Source: Akkermansia sp.
GTDB taxonomy: Bacteria; Verrucomicrobiota; Verrucomicrobiia; Limisphaerales; SIBH01
Direction: 5' to 3'
Assembly (NCBI GenBank): GCA_043785945.1
Contig: JAYVWQ010000309.1
Location: forward strand, 1-35,207
Length of the DNA stretch: 35,207 nt
The notes under the pieces are model-generated. The model searched no databases. It was not told the DNA's origin and saw only the letters and a list, made by a program, of their open reading frames with translations. Position 1 is the stretch's first letter. Each line of letters begins with the position of its first letter. The translations under genes and the position numbers were made by a program. Of this stretch, positions 32,367 through 35,207 are shown in pieces.

Positions 32367-32699
32367 ATGAGCGCAAGTAAATCAAAGTCAGAACTGTTCC
32401 GGCCCCTCACCGTTCAATCACCAGCCAAGTTGCTGACCCTCTCCCCGACCTCCTTCCGCATCCGCAAGAACGGCATCGAGTTCAAATCCGAAAACGAAGT
32501 CTCGATGTGGACCGAGATGACCATGGAACTGCAACTGCCCGGCACCAAATCCTTCAGTTGCGGCGGCGTTGTGGTGGCCTGCACCGGCAATCGCCACACC
32601 GGCTACAATGTCTCCCTCGTCTTCACCAGCGTCTCTAAGCAAGCTCAGGAGCGGCTCAATGATTTTTCTTCTATCGCTGCCATCGCCGTCCGGGTTTAG
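32367..32699 (+). CDS. Small hypothetical protein, possibly a degenerate PilZ-like beta-barrel, co-transcribed with pilT
   Basis: Codon usage is good with high GC3, and the ORF ends 9 nt before pilT. The ...LSPTSFRIRKNGIEF...GGVVVAC.....GYNVSLVF....QERLNDF pattern loosely resembles PilZ domains but lacks RxxxR. The start is ATG 32367 (the ORF track gives 32346). Confidence 0.55.
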   Translation: MSASKSKSELFRPLTVQSPAKLLTLSPTSFRIRKNGIEFKSENEVSMWTEMTMELQLPGTKSFSCGGVVVACTGNRHTGYNVSLVFTSVSKQAQERLNDFSSIAAIAVRV

Positions 32700-32708
32700 T
32701 TTCGGCGC

Positions 32709-33797
32709 ATGGAAGTTTTTGCTCGGATATTGAAGGCGGCGGTGGACGCCCACGCCTCGGACATTCACATCAAGGTTGGCGGGCCGGTGGTGCTTCGCAT
32801 CAGCCGCCAGCTCATCGCCATTGAGGCTCCTATTCCCACCTCGGAATGGATGGACAGTGTGCTCGAACACATTGTTCCTCCGCACATGAAGGTTCATTTC
32901 AAGGAGAAGCGGGAGGCCGACTTCTCCTATCTGCTCCAGGGTGTCGGACGCTTCCGCACCAATGTCTTTCAGCAGCGCGGTGAGATGGCTTTGGCCATGC
33001 GCTACGTGAAGGCCTCGGTGCCGGACTTCGAGGCGCTCGGCCTGCCCGCCGTGCTTCGCAGCGTGGCCGAATCGCCGCGCGGCATCATCCTGCTGGCGGG
33101 CACCACCGGTTCCGGCAAGTCCACTTCGCTCGCCGCAATGATCGAGCACGTCAACAACAACTTCCGCAAACACATCGTTACGTTGGAAGACCCGATCGAA
33201 TTCGTCTTCGAGGACAACCAGTCGATCATCGAGCAGCGCGAAATCGGTCTGGACACCGAGAGCTTTTACTCCGGGCTGCGTTCCGCGCTCCGCCAAGACC
33301 CCGACATCGTGATGATCGGCGAAATGCGCGACGCCATCACCTTTGGATCAGCGATCAATGCGGCGGACACCGGCCAGTTGGTGCTCTCGACCGTCCACAG
33401 CACCAACGCGTCTCAGTCGATTGGCCGCGTGCTCGACTACTTCAAGGCCGACGAGCGCGAGCAGGTGCGCCGGCAACTGGCCGGCACGCTGAAGGCGATC
33501 ATCTGCCAGCGCATGGTGCCCACCCTCGACGGCAAGATGACGCCCGCCTGCGAGATCATGTTGAACACGCCCATCGTGCGGAAAATGCTGGAAGAAAACC
33601 GCCTCGACAAACTCGGTGCCGCCATCGAGACCGGCTACGACGATGGCATGCAGGACTTCAACCGCGCCGTGCTGGACCTGTTCAACTCCGGAAGAATTTC
33701 CAAGGAGGAAGCGATGGCCAAGGCGGGCAACGCCGCCGCGCTGGAGATGAACCTCAAGGGCATCTTCCTCACGCAGGGCAGCAGGATTCTGGGCTGA
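32709..33797 (+). CDS. pilT: Type IV pilus retraction ATPase PilT
   Basis: The 362-aa product has ASDIHI, Walker A GTTGSGKST, Walker B DPDIVMIGEMRD, and TGQLVLSTVHS (His box). Confidence 0.9.
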   Translation: MEVFARILKAAVDAHASDIHIKVGGPVVLRISRQLIAIEAPIPTSEWMDSVLEHIVPPHMKVHFKEKREADFSYLLQGVGRFRTNVFQQRGEMALAMRYVKASVPDFEALGLPAVLRSVAESPRGIILLAGTTGSGKSTSLAAMIEHVNNNFRKHIVTLEDPIEFVFEDNQSIIEQREIGLDTESFYSGLRSALRQDPDIVMIGEMRDAITFGSAINAADTGQLVLSTVHSTNASQSIGRVLDYFKADEREQVRRQLAGTLKAIICQRMVPTLDGKMTPACEIMLNTPIVRKMLEENRLDKLGAAIETGYDDGMQDFNRAVLDLFNSGRISKEEAMAKAGNAAALEMNLKGIFLTQGSRILG

Positions 33798-33821
33798 CCC
33801 TTTCGTGAAAATTATTTTATC

Positions 33822-33852
33822 AGGCCGCGTGTTCGCACGCGGCCTTTTTTAT
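33822..33852 (+). terminator. Rho-independent terminator after pilT
   Basis: AGGCCGCGTG-TTCG-CACGCGGCCT (33822-33845) is followed by TTTTTTATT. Confidence 0.7.
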
Positions 33853-33995
33853 TGGTCCGGCGGAGATTGCGCTTTGGAACGATGGCGGAGATTGAGTTGA
33901 AGCACGGATGGAAAGGCGCGTGATGATTGCCGTGAAAAATTGCGCGGCTCATCGAAGCGGATGAGGGAGGGACTCGCTCCACCATCCAAGGACGG

Positions 33996-35015
33996 TCACT
34001 CACCCGCCCGCCCCTCACTCCTCCTGGCCAGTTCGGTTTTCAAAAACTTGTCCACGGGCGCGTTCTGCCAGGCGGAGAACCACAGGTCGCCGAGGAACTG
34101 CCCGCCCTTGATCAATTGCCCGCTGATGAACTTGCGCCCCTCACGCACCGTCTCGCTGCGCGGCGAAAGTTTGCCGTCACGGTCCATGGCATAGAGCGGT
34201 TCGACCAAAGCGTGCTGCTCCATGATGAACTGCATGGACTCGCCGAAGACGTCGTTGTCGGAGGGTATTCCCACCCAGAAGGAGCGCGCCGTCCGCACTT
34301 GCGGTTTCAATTCCGAAGCGGTGATGCGCGTGGCCCGGATGAAGCCGCCGTCGATCCAGGCGTGGATGGTGCGATTGGTGGAGTAGTGATCGGGGTTCGG
34401 CCCGACCCAGCCGTTGAAGTGCTTGGTGGTGTGGAGCGGTTGCGCGGCGTCGCCCGCGAAGTGGCCCATCACGCCCATGATGTAGATGATGTTCTGCTGC
34501 GCGTTGGCGATCTCCTCGGGGGTGCCGCCGAATTCCTGAAAGGTGCGGAGATACGAGAAGCCCGACTCGAGTTTGGCAAAATAATCATTGATGGCCCAAG
34601 GCAGGAACCCGACCAGGTCGCGGGTGTGATCGGTGTTCTTGGCGGCGTCGAGGGCCGGAAATTTCTCCAGGTTTTTCTCGCGGGCCAGTTTCAATTGCGC
34701 GACGAAATCGTAGCGGAACGGGCTGGCCGTCTGGTCCGTGAGTCCGTGCAGCGGCAAGTCGTCCACATCCAGGAAATGTTCTGGGGCGCTGCAGTGTTTG
34801 GCCACGGGATTGGTCGTGTTGCGCCAGCGATCCGCTTCGCCAGCCAGGAAGGCGATGCGCTCCTGCGCGGCGGGCAGGCGGACGAAGGCGGGGAAGTTCG
34901 TGGGCAGCGACGCGAGGGCGAGCTGGTTCACGATGCGGTGGCCCTCGTAGTCCCAGGCGCGAGCCGCCGGGGCGCAGAGGTTCACCACGGCGCAGAGGGC
35001 GAGAAATGTTTTCAT
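33996..35015 (-). CDS. S1/P1 nuclease (phospholipase C/P1 nuclease superfamily) protein, secreted
   Basis: The signal peptide ends ...APAARA/W, so the mature N-terminus is the Zn-ligand Trp (WDYEGH). The HF.GD..QPLH and H.W.D motifs are present. Confidence 0.7.
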   Translation of the reverse strand: MKTFLALCAVVNLCAPAARAWDYEGHRIVNQLALASLPTNFPAFVRLPAAQERIAFLAGEADRWRNTTNPVAKHCSAPEHFLDVDDLPLHGLTDQTASPFRYDFVAQLKLAREKNLEKFPALDAAKNTDHTRDLVGFLPWAINDYFAKLESGFSYLRTFQEFGGTPEEIANAQQNIIYIMGVMGHFAGDAAQPLHTTKHFNGWVGPNPDHYSTNRTIHAWIDGGFIRATRITASELKPQVRTARSFWVGIPSDNDVFGESMQFIMEQHALVEPLYAMDRDGKLSPRSETVREGRKFISGQLIKGGQFLGDLWFSAWQNAPVDKFLKTELARRSEGRAGE

Positions 35016-35042
35016 AACAAATGGGTGCGCCCGGCGGCGGTT

Positions 35043-35207
35043 TTAACCTTGGTTGGTCCGGGGCGTCCGGCCTTGCGCCGAGGGCGCGGGTTTTTCCACC
35101 GCCTGGAAATCCGCCGCGCCGGGAGCGGCTTTCACCTTGAGCTTGAGCACCACTTCCTGGCGGATGAGGTCGTCGGCTTTGCCCGGATACTTCATCTCGA
35201 AGTCGGC
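35043..35207 (-). CDS. 3' end of an unidentified CDS running off the right edge (...KYPGKADDLIRQEVVLKLKVK...TNQG*)
   Basis: The minus-strand frame is open from the window edge to the TAA at 35045-35043, with high GC3. No family was recognised. Confidence 0.35.
   Translation of the reverse strand, partial: ADFEMKYPGKADDLIRQEVVLKLKVKAAPGAADFQAVEKPAPSAQGRTPRTNQG

Noticed and set aside
1-35207. A search for mobile-element boundaries, tRNA/rRNA genes, integrases or transposases, toxin-antitoxin pairs and phage genes.
   Set aside because: None of the ORFs shows the relevant motifs (DDE, tyrosine or serine recombinase, and so on). None of the spacers of 75 nt or more shows a tRNA-like cloverleaf on visual inspection. 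The window appears to be core chromosome with small repeat insertions only.

Overview
This is a high-GC bacterial chromosomal window that is almost fully coding, with about 29 genes. Several traits suggest a PVC-group organism, probably Verrucomicrobiota, but this is inference only. They are a Tat-signal DUF1501 protein, a giant LTD/CotH/Ig exoprotein, FG-GAP and PQQ-like propellers, and 'SPLRGEG'-type intergenic palindromes. The content is mainly housekeeping. It includes rplM-rpsI and argC-argJ...argB, where the arg operon is interrupted by an antisense Uma2 endonuclease gene and a lower-GC secreted-protein gene. It also includes a tRNA-dihydrouridine synthase, an acylphosphatase / metallophosphoesterase / GT9 heptosyltransferase run, a PQQ-type sugar dehydrogenase, folE and a FabZ-like dehydratase. 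The remaining genes are a PQQ-like propeller, lptD, a seven-blade FG-GAP protein, DUF1501, a zinc-ribbon membrane protein, GT4 plus a thioesterase, ilvB, a PilZ-like ORF plus pilT, and an S1/P1-type nuclease. I found no rRNA, tRNA, CRISPR array, transposase, integrase, phage gene or recognisable defence gene. I do not see a convincing multi-gene novel system here. Five observations are the most unusual ones I can support from the sequence. (1) A 72-nt palindromic element with foreign codon usage sits in-frame inside argJ, and a second hairpin-containing insertion lies right at the ArgJ autoprocessing site. (2) A textbook-style Val-run leader peptide with terminator/antiterminator lies upstream of a monocistronic ilvB. 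(3) A 1891-aa secreted protein has four LTDs, a CotH domain and four Ig domains. (4) That protein and the FG-GAP protein share a C-terminal module. (5) An intergenic-type short repeat is embedded in-frame in a propeller gene. All functional calls rest on motif recognition by eye, since no searches were run.
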